From the NCBI GenBank assembly GCA_040081715.1, contig JBEBFY010000003.1:6524-70523 (forward strand): a stretch of 64,000 bases of DNA, written 5' to 3'. A program made the translations under genes and the position numbers. Below the pieces are notes generated by a model, which saw nothing but the letters and a program-made list of their open reading frames with translations, did not search any database and was not told the DNA's origin. Within the stretch, counting starts at the first letter, position 1. The number at the start of each line of letters is the position of its first letter. The stretch is from Vicinamibacterales bacterium (lineage in GTDB: Bacteria > Acidobacteriota > Vicinamibacteria > Vicinamibacterales > UBA2999). Positions 1 through 9,381 of the stretch are shown piece by piece.

Positions 1-2
1 GT

Positions 3-842
3 CACTCGGGGAGACGGGATCTGGCGGTGGTCCGTTCCCTCTGGCAGACGCTGATTGGGGCGGCCTCGGTGTATCTCGTGTTTCTGCTGTGCTGGGGGCT
101 GAACTACCAGCGGGAACCGCTGTCGGCCCGGCTGGAGCTGGCTGCAGCCGCCCCGGACTCGGCAGCGGTCCTGTCGCTCGGCCGCGACACCGTGAACCAT
201 GCCAATGCGCTTCGTGAGCAGGCGCACCAGGCGGGCTGGCCTGATGCCGCCGTGAACGATGCGCGGCTCCGTGCGTCAGCGGCCCATGTGCAGGCGATGC
301 TTGGCGGGCAGCGGTCTCAGGCAGCGCGCCTTAAGCCCACGCTGCTCCGGTGGCTCTTCCGCTGGGAGGGCGTGGACGCCATGACCAACCCCTTCGGGCT
401 GGATGTGCTCCGCAACCCGGATCTGTTGCCGTTCGAGCGGCCGTTCGTGGCGGCGCACGAGTGGGCGCATCTGGCAGGCTTTGCCAATGAAGCGGAGGCG
501 AACTTCATCGGCTGGCTCACCTGCTTGCACGGCGATGCGCGGTCGCAGTACAGCGGCTGGTTGTTCCTCTACTGGCAGGTGCGCGGTGAATTGCCGGCCG
601 GGGAGCGGGCGGCCCTGGCGCGGGCGCTGGCACCAGGGACGAAAGCGGACCTGGATGCGATTGCGGCCCGCCTCAGCAACGGCCTCGTGCCGGCGCTCCA
701 GCAGGCAGGCTGGGCGGCCTACGACCAGTACCTGAAGGCCAATCGCGTTGAGAGCGGGGTGCGGAGCTACGGCGAAGTGCTGGCGCTCGTACTGCGGACC
801 CGGTTCGACGACCGGTGGCGGCCTCGTCTCAGGGCGCGGTGA
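3..842 (+). CDS. DUF3810-like membrane metalloprotease-type protein (5' end probably outside the window)
   Basis: The frame is open from the window edge. It has a hydrophobic N-terminal segment (LIGAASVYLVFLLCWGLNYQ) and an HExxH-type motif (AHEWAHLAGF). GC3-rich codon usage. Confidence 0.6.
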   Translation, partial: HSGRRDLAVVRSLWQTLIGAASVYLVFLLCWGLNYQREPLSARLELAAAAPDSAAVLSLGRDTVNHANALREQAHQAGWPDAAVNDARLRASAAHVQAMLGGQRSQAARLKPTLLRWLFRWEGVDAMTNPFGLDVLRNPDLLPFERPFVAAHEWAHLAGFANEAEANFIGWLTCLHGDARSQYSGWLFLYWQVRGELPAGERAALARALAPGTKADLDAIAARLSNGLVPALQQAGWAAYDQYLKANRVESGVRSYGEVLALVLRTRFDDRWRPRLRAR

Positions 843-1854
843 CAGGGACGTCGACCAGGGACAGTCCAGCCGCTGCGATGGCGGCAAACGCCTCGGCTTC
901 GGTCGTCATCTCCTCGCCAGGTCTGGCCCTGTGGCGGAACGGCCGGAAGGCGTCCTCGGCGGTGCGGCGAGCCAGTTCCGGCGCGAGGTCGTGGCGGACG
1001 AAGAAAGCGTTGACGCCCGTCTGCTCGCAGAGGACCAGCCGGTATCCCTTCTCGCGTGCCACCTGCTCAAGGGCTGTCAGCGAGGCACCGAAGTACTCGA
1101 TGGGCCGCTCTGCTGGGACATCCGTAGCGGGGATGGTCACGGCGCGTGTCGGGCCGAAGTAGGCGTTGTACTCCAGCACGAGCACCCGGGCCGTGCACGC
1201 GTCGAGCGCCTTCATTAGCCAGTACTCGATGCTGTCCACGTCGATGGAGAGCAGGTCGATCTCCCCGGCGCACCCATGCTGACGCACCAGTGCGTTGATG
1301 TTGTCGGGCGTCACCATGGCCTGCACGACGGTGACACCGGGGTTGGTCCTGAGCTCGTGCCTGGCCATGCTCGCGGCGCGCTGGCTGGCGTCCACCATCA
1401 ACCCGCTCCAGCCCATGTCGTGCGCGAGCACGGCCGCGCTGCCGCCGGAACCGCCCGAGCCGATCTCGACGAACCGGCGCGTCTTCACACCGACCGCGTC
1501 CAGCAGCGCGAGGATGATGCCGTCTTCTTCATGCTGGGAGCGCAGCCGGAAGCGCTTGGCGTTGAGGGCCAGGGGCGCCGGAATGTCCGTGGGCAGATAC
1601 TGCGCCCGTACCAGCGAGGCGAGCTGCATGCGGAACGTCTGCCGGAAACGTTCATCCGCTTTCTGATTCGCGAGCACCTTGCCGACCTGCTTCTGCGCGG
1701 CGGCGACGTCCTCGAGCTTGGTCGCCACGCGTTGGGTCAGCGCCCGCAGCCCGGATACCTCCTCACGCAGCGCCCGCAACTCAGCCGATTCCTGCGCAAA
1801 CAAGCGGCGGCCGATGCGCGCGAGGAAGCCGCCTGGAGTGGGGGAGTCCGCCAT
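829..1854 (-). CDS. SAM-dependent methyltransferase (FkbM-like) with N-terminal coiled-coil
   Basis: Gly-rich SAM-binding stretch VEIGSGGSGGSAAVLAHDMGWSGLMVDAS. The N-terminus is heptad-like (ELRALREEVSGLRALTQRV). Confidence 0.55.
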   Translation of the reverse strand: MADSPTPGGFLARIGRRLFAQESAELRALREEVSGLRALTQRVATKLEDVAAAQKQVGKVLANQKADERFRQTFRMQLASLVRAQYLPTDIPAPLALNAKRFRLRSQHEEDGIILALLDAVGVKTRRFVEIGSGGSGGSAAVLAHDMGWSGLMVDASQRAASMARHELRTNPGVTVVQAMVTPDNINALVRQHGCAGEIDLLSIDVDSIEYWLMKALDACTARVLVLEYNAYFGPTRAVTIPATDVPAERPIEYFGASLTALEQVAREKGYRLVLCEQTGVNAFFVRHDLAPELARRTAEDAFRPFRHRARPGEEMTTEAEAFAAIAAAGLSLVDVPVTAP

Positions 1855-1860
1855 GAGAGG

Positions 1861-2910
1861 TCAGTGTACCGTGATGAGGCGGCCCGATGCCGCGCGTGTC
1901 AGTCGGTCGGCGAGGGCAGCCCCGAGCCGATCGTCCGGTGGAATGGCCGACGCGATGATGCGCGCCACGCCGGTGGCGTCCAGTTCGCGCAGGCACGCGT
2001 ACAGGCGTGCCGCCGCAGTGTCGAGGTCGCCCTCTGGCGCCAGTGTGGCGGTCACAGCACCCGCGCGCTGAAACGCGCCAGCCTCCTCCATGCTCACCAG
2101 GGCACCCACCGGTTCGCCTCGCTCGACGTCGGAGGCGACCTCGGCGAGCATGCGTGCCAGCCGCGACGCCGACGGCCCTGCGTACAGCGTGAGGGGCGCC
2201 TTCGGGGCGTAGTGCGTGTCGAGCTGTCCCGGAGATGCGGCCACGGGGTTCGATCCCGCCGGTGCGCCGGCTGCCAGATCCGGGATGAAGACCCGTAGCA
2301 TCTCGAAGGTCACGGCGCCCGGACGCAGGACGCGCGGCGGGGTGCTCGTCAGGTCCACCACCGTGGACTCCACGCCGACATCGGTGGGGCCGCCATCGAG
2401 GACGATGTCGATGCGGCCGTCGAGGTCACTGGTCACGTGTGCCGCGGTCGTGGGGCTCGGGCGGGAGAAGAGGTTGGCGCTCGGGGCGGCCACCGGCACG
2501 CCCGCGGCGGCAATCAGGGCGCGCGCCACCAGGTGGCGGGGCACGCGGACCGCCACAGTTGAACCGCCAGCGGTCACCACATCCGGGACCAGCGGCTTTC
2601 TGGGCAGCACGAGGGTCAGCGGACCCGGCCAGAACGCCTCGGCCAGGTGCCACGCGAGTGCCGGAATGTATTCCGCCACACGCGCAATCTCCGCCGCGTT
2701 GGCCACGTGGACGATCAGCGGGTCGTGGAACGGACGGTTCTTGGCGGTGAAGATGCGCCCCACCGCCGTGGCATCGAGGGCGTTGGCACCGAGGCCGTAG
2801 ACCGTCTCGGTGGGAAACGCCACGAGTCCGCCCTCGCGCAGGCATGCAGCCGCGCGGGCAATCACGTCAGGTTGTGGGGAACGGGGGTCGACCGGAAGGA
2901 TGAGGGTCAT
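1861..2910 (-). CDS. tsaC: L-threonylcarbamoyladenylate synthase, Sua5/YwlC long form
   Basis: YrdC-domain signature LVAFPTETVYGLGANALD and RIFTAKNRPFHDPLIVHV, plus a C-terminal Sua5-type extension. 349 aa. Confidence 0.8.
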   Translation of the reverse strand: MTLILPVDPRSPQPDVIARAAACLREGGLVAFPTETVYGLGANALDATAVGRIFTAKNRPFHDPLIVHVANAAEIARVAEYIPALAWHLAEAFWPGPLTLVLPRKPLVPDVVTAGGSTVAVRVPRHLVARALIAAAGVPVAAPSANLFSRPSPTTAAHVTSDLDGRIDIVLDGGPTDVGVESTVVDLTSTPPRVLRPGAVTFEMLRVFIPDLAAGAPAGSNPVAASPGQLDTHYAPKAPLTLYAGPSASRLARMLAEVASDVERGEPVGALVSMEEAGAFQRAGAVTATLAPEGDLDTAAARLYACLRELDATGVARIIASAIPPDDRLGAALADRLTRAASGRLITVH

Positions 2911-2957
2911 GAACGTAGGGGCGACGCCACCATCGTGGGCCGCCCCTACCGGAACGC

Positions 2958-3395
2958 CTACTTGACGATGTTGATCGCCTTGAGCGCCGCTGCATCAGCG
3001 GACAGATCCTCGGCCCCTGCCGGGAACTTGTTCGCCTTCAGCATGAAGGCCGTGATTTCGGCCGCCTGCGCACGGGTCAGGCTTCCGGGTGCGCTTGCGG
3101 GCATGGACGACTGAATCTTCTCGACCAGGTCGGCCACCGGGGTCTTGTCCCAGAAACCGAGGAAGTCGGCACCCGCCAGCGCCGGCGCGCCGCCGCCGCT
3201 CAGGTCGCCGCCGTGGCAGGCCGCGCACTGCTCGCCGTAGACCGTCTCGCCCTTCTTGGCCTGCGCGTCGGTGTAGACGCCGTCCTTCGAGGTCTTGGCC
3301 TGCTCGGCACGAACAGTCATCGTTGAACCCAGGAACGCCACGGCAAGAGCCGCCACCGTGCCAGTAAACGCTACGTGCTTCGCATAGAAACGCAT
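2958..3395 (-). CDS. periplasmic monoheme c-type cytochrome
   Basis: Signal peptide (MRFYAKHVAFTGTVAALAVAFLGS) and a single CAACH heme motif. GGAGGA Shine-Dalgarno 7 nt upstream of the ATG at 3395. The track ORF begins at 3428. Confidence 0.7.
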   Translation of the reverse strand: MRFYAKHVAFTGTVAALAVAFLGSTMTVRAEQAKTSKDGVYTDAQAKKGETVYGEQCAACHGGDLSGGGAPALAGADFLGFWDKTPVADLVEKIQSSMPASAPGSLTRAQAAEITAFMLKANKFPAGAEDLSADAAALKAINIVK

Positions 3396-3564
3396 TGAGT
3401 TCTCCTCCGCAGATCGAATAGTGCACAAATCCTACCACATGGATTCCGGTGTGTTTTCCTCATGATTTGACGTGAAAGTCGGTGCCCGCGCTTCACCGTT
3501 TCGATTAGGCGGTACAAATGACACACTGACCAGGAGGACACCAGCGTCGGGGGAGCGACAACGG

Positions 3565-4464
3565 ATGGCTGAGGTGGGGCGGGATCGGGCACAGCAACGG
3601 GCGCGGGAACGCATCGGGTTCATCGGCGTGGGCACAATGGGGAGCCCGGTGGTCGGGCACCTGCTGGACAAGGGGTACCCGGTGACGGTCTTTGCGCGGC
3701 GGGCGGAGGCGGCGGCCCCGCTGGTGGCCAGGGGCGCCCTCGCGGCCGCTTCACCCCGGGCGGTGGCGGAGGCCTCCGACGTGGTCTTCACGATGGTGAC
3801 GGCCACCTCCGACGTGGAGCAGGTGGTCTTCGGACCCGATGGCGTGGCGGCCGGCTTCAATCCGGGCGCGCTGCTGATCGACATGAGCACGATCGCGCCC
3901 GAGGCCACGCGGGGCTTCGCCACGCGGCTGGCGGATCAGGGCGTGGACCTGCTGGATGCGCCCGTCTCTGGCGGGCCGGAGGGCGCCAGCAAGGGTACCT
4001 TGTCGATCATGGTCGGCGGCGCCGAGCAGGCGCTGGAGCGGGCACGGCCGATCCTGGCCGCCTTCAGCACGTCCGTCTTCCACATGGGCCCCTCGGGTGC
4101 GGGGCAGGTGACGAAGGCGTGCCATCAGCTCCTGCTGCTCATTACGGCCGAAGGCGTCGCCGAGTCGCTGTCCCTGGCCGCGAAGGCGGGCGTCGATCCC
4201 GGCAAGGTGCGTGAGGTGATGTTGACGGCCATGGCGTCCAGTCGCGTCCTGGATCGATTCGGGGCGCTGATGGCAGCACGGACCTTTGCACCGGGGATTC
4301 CCGCGCGGATCTACAAGAAGGACCTCCAGATCGTGCGCGACCTCGCGGACGCAGTTGGCGCCGCCCTTCCTGCGGGAGACGTGGTGCGGGCCAACGTGGG
4401 CAAGGTGCTGGATGCCGGGCGGGGTGACGAGGACCTCTCCGTGCTGATTACGACGCTGGACTGA
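3565..4464 (+). CDS. NAD(P)-dependent oxidoreductase, 3-hydroxyisobutyrate/6-phosphogluconate dehydrogenase family
   Basis: Rossmann motif IGFIGVGTMGSPVVGHLL and family-typical DAPVSGGPEGA and KACHQLLL segments. The internal ATG at 3565 is chosen over the track start at 3472. Confidence 0.75.
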   Translation: MAEVGRDRAQQRARERIGFIGVGTMGSPVVGHLLDKGYPVTVFARRAEAAAPLVARGALAAASPRAVAEASDVVFTMVTATSDVEQVVFGPDGVAAGFNPGALLIDMSTIAPEATRGFATRLADQGVDLLDAPVSGGPEGASKGTLSIMVGGAEQALERARPILAAFSTSVFHMGPSGAGQVTKACHQLLLLITAEGVAESLSLAAKAGVDPGKVREVMLTAMASSRVLDRFGALMAARTFAPGIPARIYKKDLQIVRDLADAVGAALPAGDVVRANVGKVLDAGRGDEDLSVLITTLD

Positions 4465-4476
4465 GATCCGCGACCG

Positions 4477-5094
4477 ATGAGTGCGTTGCAGCCGGCGCTG
4501 CCCTTTGACGCGCTGCCCTGTGAGGCGACGCGCTTGGAGACGCTGCCCTCTGGGGCGCCGCCCATGCGGCCCGAGTCGATCCGCTTCATCCGGCATCACC
4601 GGGCGCGGCGGTATCTCATTCGCGTTGACCGCGACGGACGCGTCCGCGTGACGATTCCCCGTGGCGGGTCCCGCCGGGAAGCCGAAGCCTTTGCCCGCCG
4701 CAGCGAGCCCTGGATCGCCAGGCAACGCGCGCTGCGGTGCCAGGAGCCGGCGCTCCCGACCGACGAGGAACGGAGGCTCCGGCAGTTCGCGCACGCGACG
4801 CTCCCACAACGGCTGATGGCCCTGGCGGCTGCGCACGAACTGGTGGTATCGCGCATCACCATCCGCAACCCGAAGGCCCGCTGGGGTTCTTGCAGCCGCG
4901 ACGGGCACATCTGCCTGAGCTGGCGGCTGGTGCGCATGCCGGACTGGGTGTGCGACTACGTGCTCGTCCACGAGCTGATGCATCTGAAGCAGATGAACCA
5001 TTCGCCCGCCTACTGGGCGCTGGTGGCGGCCGCGTATCCCAACTACGACGAGGCGCGCCGGTGGCTGCGCGCCAACGGCCGCCACATCGGGTAG
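4477..5094 (+). CDS. YgjP/DUF45-type (M48-like) zinc metallohydrolase
   Basis: HExxH motif in VLVHELMHLKQMNHSPAYWALV. About 200 aa, typical of the family. Confidence 0.7.
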   Translation: MSALQPALPFDALPCEATRLETLPSGAPPMRPESIRFIRHHRARRYLIRVDRDGRVRVTIPRGGSRREAEAFARRSEPWIARQRALRCQEPALPTDEERRLRQFAHATLPQRLMALAAAHELVVSRITIRNPKARWGSCSRDGHICLSWRLVRMPDWVCDYVLVHELMHLKQMNHSPAYWALVAAAYPNYDEARRWLRANGRHIG

Positions 5095-5116
5095 CGGCCA
5101 GCGAGGACGGGCTGTT

Positions 5117-6148
5117 CTACCCGCCCCGTGTGTGCATTTCGAGGTGCGGGTCCCGGCGCAGCGAGTCCACCGGAATGACAGGGCGGTGGCCCGCCGCCAG
5201 CCTGTCCTCGGCACCGCGGTCCGTACGGGCCTGCCACACACCGCTGATCGCCGCCGCAATCGCCTCGTCCGAGGCGCCGCCGCGCAGCGGACCGCGCAGA
5301 TCCAGCCCCCGCGTGCCGTAGAGACACAGGAGCCACTGCCCGTCGGCCGTGAGCCGGCTCCGGTCGCACGAGGCGCAGAAGGGCTCGGTCGTCGAGGAGA
5401 TGATGCCGAACACGGTGCCGTCCGGCAGCCGGAAGCGGTCTGCCGGCGCCGAGGTCCGATCACCGACCGGGACGCCAGGCTCGCCAGACTCAATAGCGCC
5501 GTAGTGGCGGGAGAGCGTCTCCAGAATCTCGGCGCGGGACACCACGCGGTCGAGCGACCAGTGTGTGGCGCCGCCCACATCCATGTACTCGATGAACCGC
5601 ACCTCCGCGCCGAGCGGCCGCGCAAACTCGATGAGCGGCACCAGTTCGTCGTCGTTCACGCCGCGCATCACCACGGTGTCGAGCTTGAGGCCCGGAAAGA
5701 GCGGGGCGGCGGTGGCGATGCCTTCCAGCACCAGACCGAGATCCTGCGAGCGGGCGAGTGCCTCGAAACGATCCGCGTGGAGTGTGTCGAGGCTGACCGT
5801 CAGCCGGTGCAGGCCAGCCGCTTTCAGGGTCGTGGCCATGGGCGCCAGCAGGATCCCGTTGGTGGTCATCGCCAGATCGTGGAGGCCGGGCTTGGCGGAG
5901 AGCCGCGCGATGAGGCCCGTGAGGCCGCGCCGCAGGAGCGGTTCGCCACCCGTGAGCCGCACCTTGTCCGCACCCAGACTCAGGAAGATGTCGACGAGTC
6001 GATCAATCTCCTCGAACTGCAGGATGTCGGTGCGGGGGAGCCAGACGTAGTCCTGCTCCGGCATGCAATAGCTGCAGCGGAGGTTGCACCGGTCGGTGAC
6101 CGACAGGCGCAGGTTACGGAGCGGTCGCTGATGGCGGTCGAGGAGCAC
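5117..6148 (-). CDS. moaA: GTP 3',8-cyclase MoaA (radical SAM, molybdenum cofactor biosynthesis)
   Basis: N-terminal LRLSVTDRCNLRCSYCMP radical-SAM cluster motif. C-terminal CxxCxnC cluster (FCASCDRSRLTADGQWLLC) and terminal GG. Confidence 0.9.
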   Translation of the reverse strand: MLLDRHQRPLRNLRLSVTDRCNLRCSYCMPEQDYVWLPRTDILQFEEIDRLVDIFLSLGADKVRLTGGEPLLRRGLTGLIARLSAKPGLHDLAMTTNGILLAPMATTLKAAGLHRLTVSLDTLHADRFEALARSQDLGLVLEGIATAAPLFPGLKLDTVVMRGVNDDELVPLIEFARPLGAEVRFIEYMDVGGATHWSLDRVVSRAEILETLSRHYGAIESGEPGVPVGDRTSAPADRFRLPDGTVFGIISSTTEPFCASCDRSRLTADGQWLLCLYGTRGLDLRGPLRGGASDEAIAAAISGVWQARTDRGAEDRLAAGHRPVIPVDSLRRDPHLEMHTRGG

Positions 6149-6169
6149 GGTCCGCGGGCTCCACCCGGT

Positions 6170-6928
6170 CTACGGACAGGTCTCGGCGACCATGTCGATG
6201 GCCAGGACGTTCAGGCTCATGGCGGCGCCGTTCCGGATCAGGAGTCCCTTGGCCAGCATCTTGTGACCCTTGTGCGCATCCGGCTTCGGGTAGACATCGA
6301 GCAGCTTCACCCTCGCCGACCCGAGGGACCGTGTCTTGGCTGCTGCGGCGTCGGCGGCCGGGTCGTCCATGGTGCTCACCACAGGCTCGGTGGCATTCCC
6401 GATCACGTAGTCGCTGCCATCAGCCAGGAGGCACCCCAGCACCTCGACCATCGCACCGGTGGGCGCGGGCTGCGGGCCGTCCTTGCCGACGATGAGGATC
6501 GAGCTCAGCTCCGGCATGTCCATCGGCAGGTCTTTCGGCCCGGCCGGGAACCCGTTCATCATCAGCAGATACGACGTGATGTCGAGCTTCTCCTGGTCCG
6601 TGGCGATGAACACCTCGCCGGGCGGCATGCGGTTCTTGATTTTGCTGAACAGCCGCTCGACGGTGCGCGAGCCCCAGTTCCGGTTGAAGTGCGCGGCGAC
6701 GAGCGACGGTCCGTCGCCACCGGTCAGGTGCTCGTCGTGGCAGTGCGCGCAGCGGTTGTTGAAGACGTCACGTCCGCGGTTGGCTTGTGCCTCGGTATAG
6801 ACCCCCGTCCAGATCTTCGGCAGCTCGGACTGCGCGCGCGGCGCGGCCGACCACGAGAGGCCGAAGAGCACGGCCGCCGAGGCGGCGACCAGTACCGGCG
6901 AGCGACGCAAGGATGGAAACAGAGACAT
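6170..6928 (-). CDS. secreted c-type cytochrome domain protein
   Basis: Signal peptide and a CAHCH heme motif. The N-domain is paralogous to the cytochrome domains at 2958-3395 and 34797-36239. Confidence 0.7.
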   Translation of the reverse strand: MSLFPSLRRSPVLVAASAAVLFGLSWSAAPRAQSELPKIWTGVYTEAQANRGRDVFNNRCAHCHDEHLTGGDGPSLVAAHFNRNWGSRTVERLFSKIKNRMPPGEVFIATDQEKLDITSYLLMMNGFPAGPKDLPMDMPELSSILIVGKDGPQPAPTGAMVEVLGCLLADGSDYVIGNATEPVVSTMDDPAADAAAAKTRSLGSARVKLLDVYPKPDAHKGHKMLAKGLLIRNGAAMSLNVLAIDMVAETCP

Positions 6929-6949
6929 ATTTCTACGCTAGAGCATACC

Positions 6950-6955
6950 TATAAT
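6950..6955 (+). promoter_or_regulatory. candidate -10 box (TATAAT) for surE, implying a very short 5' UTR
   Basis: Perfect TATAAT in an AT-rich 34-nt divergent intergenic region, 10 nt upstream of the surE ATG at 6966. Confidence 0.3.
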
Positions 6956-6965
6956 TGATTTATTG

Positions 6966-7739
6966 ATGCGACGCATATTGGTCACCAACGATGACGGGGT
7001 GCACGCGCCGGGCATCGCGGCGCTGGCCGCGGCCCTGAGCGATCTCGGCGAGGTGACCGTTGTGGCACCTGCCCACGAAGCCAGTGCGGTAGGGCACGCG
7101 CTCACACTGGCCCGCCCGCTGCGCCTTGAGGAGATCCGGCCACACGTTTTCTGTGTTGATGGCACGCCGACCGACTGCGTGAACGTGGCCATCACGCATG
7201 TGCTCAAGGGCCCGCCGGACCTGATCGTCTCGGGCATCAACACCGGCTACAACATCGGTGATGACGTGACCTACTCGGGCACCGTGGCTGGTGCGCTCGA
7301 AGGGGCGCTCCTGGGTGTGCCCAGCATCGCCGTATCGGCCGAGCGGAAGCGGCGGTCGCCCCGTGAGGTGGAGTACGACTTTCCCCCGGCTGCGGCTGCG
7401 GCGCGACTCGTGGTGGAGGCCGTGTTCGATCGCGGCATGCCGAAGTTCATCCTTCTCAACATCAATGTGCCGTTCGGCGCCAATAAGGGCTTCAGGGTGA
7501 CGGTGCAGAGCAAGCGCAACCACATCACCGAGGTCAACGAGCGCCACGACCCGCGCGGCCGCCGGTACTTCTGGATCGAGGAAGGGCAGAACGAATATGA
7601 GCCGCATGACCAGTCCGATTACCAGGCTGTGCGCGACGGCTACATCTCGCTCACGCCCCTCCAGCCAGACCTGACAGCCTACGACGCGCTCGAGTACGTG
7701 AGAGGCCTACCACTAGCCGTCACCGAGCCCGTCGGGTAG
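6966..7739 (+). CDS. surE: 5'/3'-nucleotidase SurE
   Basis: N-terminal MRRILVTNDDGVHAPGI signature and GINTGYNIGDDVTYSGTVAGA. The track ORF starts 3 nt earlier at a TTG. Confidence 0.9.
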   Translation: MRRILVTNDDGVHAPGIAALAAALSDLGEVTVVAPAHEASAVGHALTLARPLRLEEIRPHVFCVDGTPTDCVNVAITHVLKGPPDLIVSGINTGYNIGDDVTYSGTVAGALEGALLGVPSIAVSAERKRRSPREVEYDFPPAAAAARLVVEAVFDRGMPKFILLNINVPFGANKGFRVTVQSKRNHITEVNERHDPRGRRYFWIEEGQNEYEPHDQSDYQAVRDGYISLTPLQPDLTAYDALEYVRGLPLAVTEPVG

Positions 7740-7764
7740 CGTGTGATAGGATCACGTTTCGCGT

Positions 7765-7841
7765 CGGGGCGTGGCTCAGCCTGGTAGAGCACTCGGTTCG
7801 GGACCGAGGGGTCGCTGGTTCGAATCCAGTCGCCCCGACCA
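7765..7841 (+). tRNA. tRNA-Pro (anticodon CGG), CCA encoded
   Basis: Hand-folded cloverleaf. Acceptor CGGGGCG/CGCCCCG, D arm GCTC/GAGC, anticodon arm CTCGG-TTCGGGA-CCGAG, T arm GCTGG-TTCGAAT-CCAGT. 77 nt. Confidence 0.9.
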
Positions 7842-7921
7842 ATTTCCTTCCCTGGTAGGACTGACTTATCCGGTCCACTGGGGCTCTCCGTAGTTCCGCC
7901 GGCATAGCCCGGGGGTGCCCC

Positions 7922-9280
7922 TTGCCTGACCAGCCCGCTGCTCCTGAGAAGCCGGCGCCCGCCGTCAAACCTGCCCCTCCGTCGGGGCTCGTTGCGGTTC
8001 CCACCCCTCTCGGTATTCGAAGCGTCGAGGCCGAGCTTGACCTGTTCATTCGACATGTCGATGCCTTGGCCGAGAGCCTACCCTTTTCAATGGCGATGAT
8101 CAGGGCCGCTCGTGTGAACGCGAGCCGGGAGGTTCTCAAGGCCGAGGAGGAGTTCGGCGAGAACGTCGAGGTCGTCGGTTCTGTGCGTACGGTGACGCTA
8201 AAACCTGAGGGGGTTGTGCCGTTCCAGAAGTGGAAGCGGCGAGGTGAACGATTTGCGCTGGCCGAAGAGTTGCTGCCGCGTAGCTATCTGGTGGCGTTGG
8301 TGGGGCAGTACGACGCGTTCCTGGGTGGACTCATTCGAGCCCTGTTCTTGCTTCGCCCGGACCTCCTGAACGCGTCGGAACGAAAGCTGTCGTATTCAGA
8401 GCTAATGGCATTCGGTAGCCTCGACGAGGCGCGGGACTCGCTGGTAGAGAAGGAGATCGAGTCGGTTCTTCGGGATAGCCACTCGAAGCAGTTCGACTGG
8501 CTTGAGGGCCGCTTCGGCGTCGAACTGCGAAAGGGTCTTTCGATTTGGCCGGAGTTCGTCGAAGTAACTGAACGGCGCAATCTGTTCGTCCATACCAGCG
8601 GCATCGTTTCTCGCCAGTACGTTGAGGTGTGCCGCAAGCATGGCGTTGCCTTGGGGGAGGCTCAGCAGGCCGGGGCGCAACTAGGTGTTACCCGGAAGTA
8701 TCTCCGGCGAGCGTACTCTGTCGTGCTCGAGCTGGGCATCAAGTTGGCCCATGTGCTCTGGAGGAAAGTGTCGCCGTCCCAGCTGTCGGCGGCCGACGAT
8801 CACCTGAACAAGGTGGCGTATGAACTCCTCGCTGAGCAACGGTTTCCGCTAGCAGCGTGCGTGCTGGACTTTGCCGCCGACGGCTTGAAGAAGCACGCAA
8901 ATTCGGAAGCCAGGCTGACGTACGTCGTGAACCGGGCACAGGCTCACAAGTGGATGGGTGATGAGCCGAGTGCAAACGCCATCCTCTCTAAGGAGGATTG
9001 GAGCGCCGTCAGCGAGAACTTCAAACTTGCTGAGAGAGTGCTGAGAGACGATTTTCCCGGCGCGATTGCATTGATGCGCACCATCGGCAAGGACGGCTCA
9101 GTAGGCCTCCTGCAATATAGGACATGGCCGCTTTTCAGAAAGCTTCGCGAGGATCAGGAGTTCCTATCGGCATTTGAGGAGATGTTTGGAGAGCCCCTCA
9201 ACCGGGTGACGACGGAGGCGGCGTTGGCTGAGCCTGAGACTGGACCCGAGCCCCTTGAGTCCACGGCCGTTGGAAGGTAG
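7922..9280 (+). CDS. hypothetical protein, candidate HEPN-domain (Rx4H) protein with helical C-terminal domain
   Basis: The only long ORF in a locally lower-GC stretch directly after tRNA-Pro. It has an Rx4H motif (TERRNLFVHTSG) in a predicted helical context, a low-complexity Pro/Ala N-terminus and a TPR-like C-terminal half. The start is uncertain (TTG 7922; the first ATG is at 8090). Confidence 0.45.
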   Translation: MPDQPAAPEKPAPAVKPAPPSGLVAVPTPLGIRSVEAELDLFIRHVDALAESLPFSMAMIRAARVNASREVLKAEEEFGENVEVVGSVRTVTLKPEGVVPFQKWKRRGERFALAEELLPRSYLVALVGQYDAFLGGLIRALFLLRPDLLNASERKLSYSELMAFGSLDEARDSLVEKEIESVLRDSHSKQFDWLEGRFGVELRKGLSIWPEFVEVTERRNLFVHTSGIVSRQYVEVCRKHGVALGEAQQAGAQLGVTRKYLRRAYSVVLELGIKLAHVLWRKVSPSQLSAADDHLNKVAYELLAEQRFPLAACVLDFAADGLKKHANSEARLTYVVNRAQAHKWMGDEPSANAILSKEDWSAVSENFKLAERVLRDDFPGAIALMRTIGKDGSVGLLQYRTWPLFRKLREDQEFLSAFEEMFGEPLNRVTTEAALAEPETGPEPLESTAVGR

Positions 9281-9308
9281 CGTGCCCCCCGGTCGCTCTT
9301 GCACTGGT

Positions 9309-9344
9309 CAGCGCGACGAGCGGTCGTCTAGCCAGCGTCCCGGC
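9309..9344. repeat. degenerate copy of the 3' end (including the stop codon) of the molybdoenzyme gene; left arm of a direct repeat
   Basis: cagcgcgaCGagcggtcgtcTagccag here versus cagcgcgaGTagcggtcgtcCagccag at 9932-9958. That is 24 of 27 identical, with weaker similarity for about 10 more nt. Confidence 0.7.
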
Positions 9345-9381
9345 TGGCAACGCTGCTAGGATTCACCCAAGAGAAGACATC

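Noticed and set aside
3751-5625. 624-aa minus-strand ORF spanning the dehydrogenase, DUF45 and moaA region
   Set aside because: Its composition is Arg/Pro/Gly-rich and low in complexity. It lies antisense or out of frame to three genes with clear family motifs. This is the typical shadow ORF of GC-rich DNA.
5132-6958. 608-aa plus-strand ORF opposite moaA and the cytochrome gene
   Set aside because: It is a shadow ORF. It shows no recognisable motifs, and the opposite strand carries unmistakable MoaA radical-SAM and CxxCH signatures.
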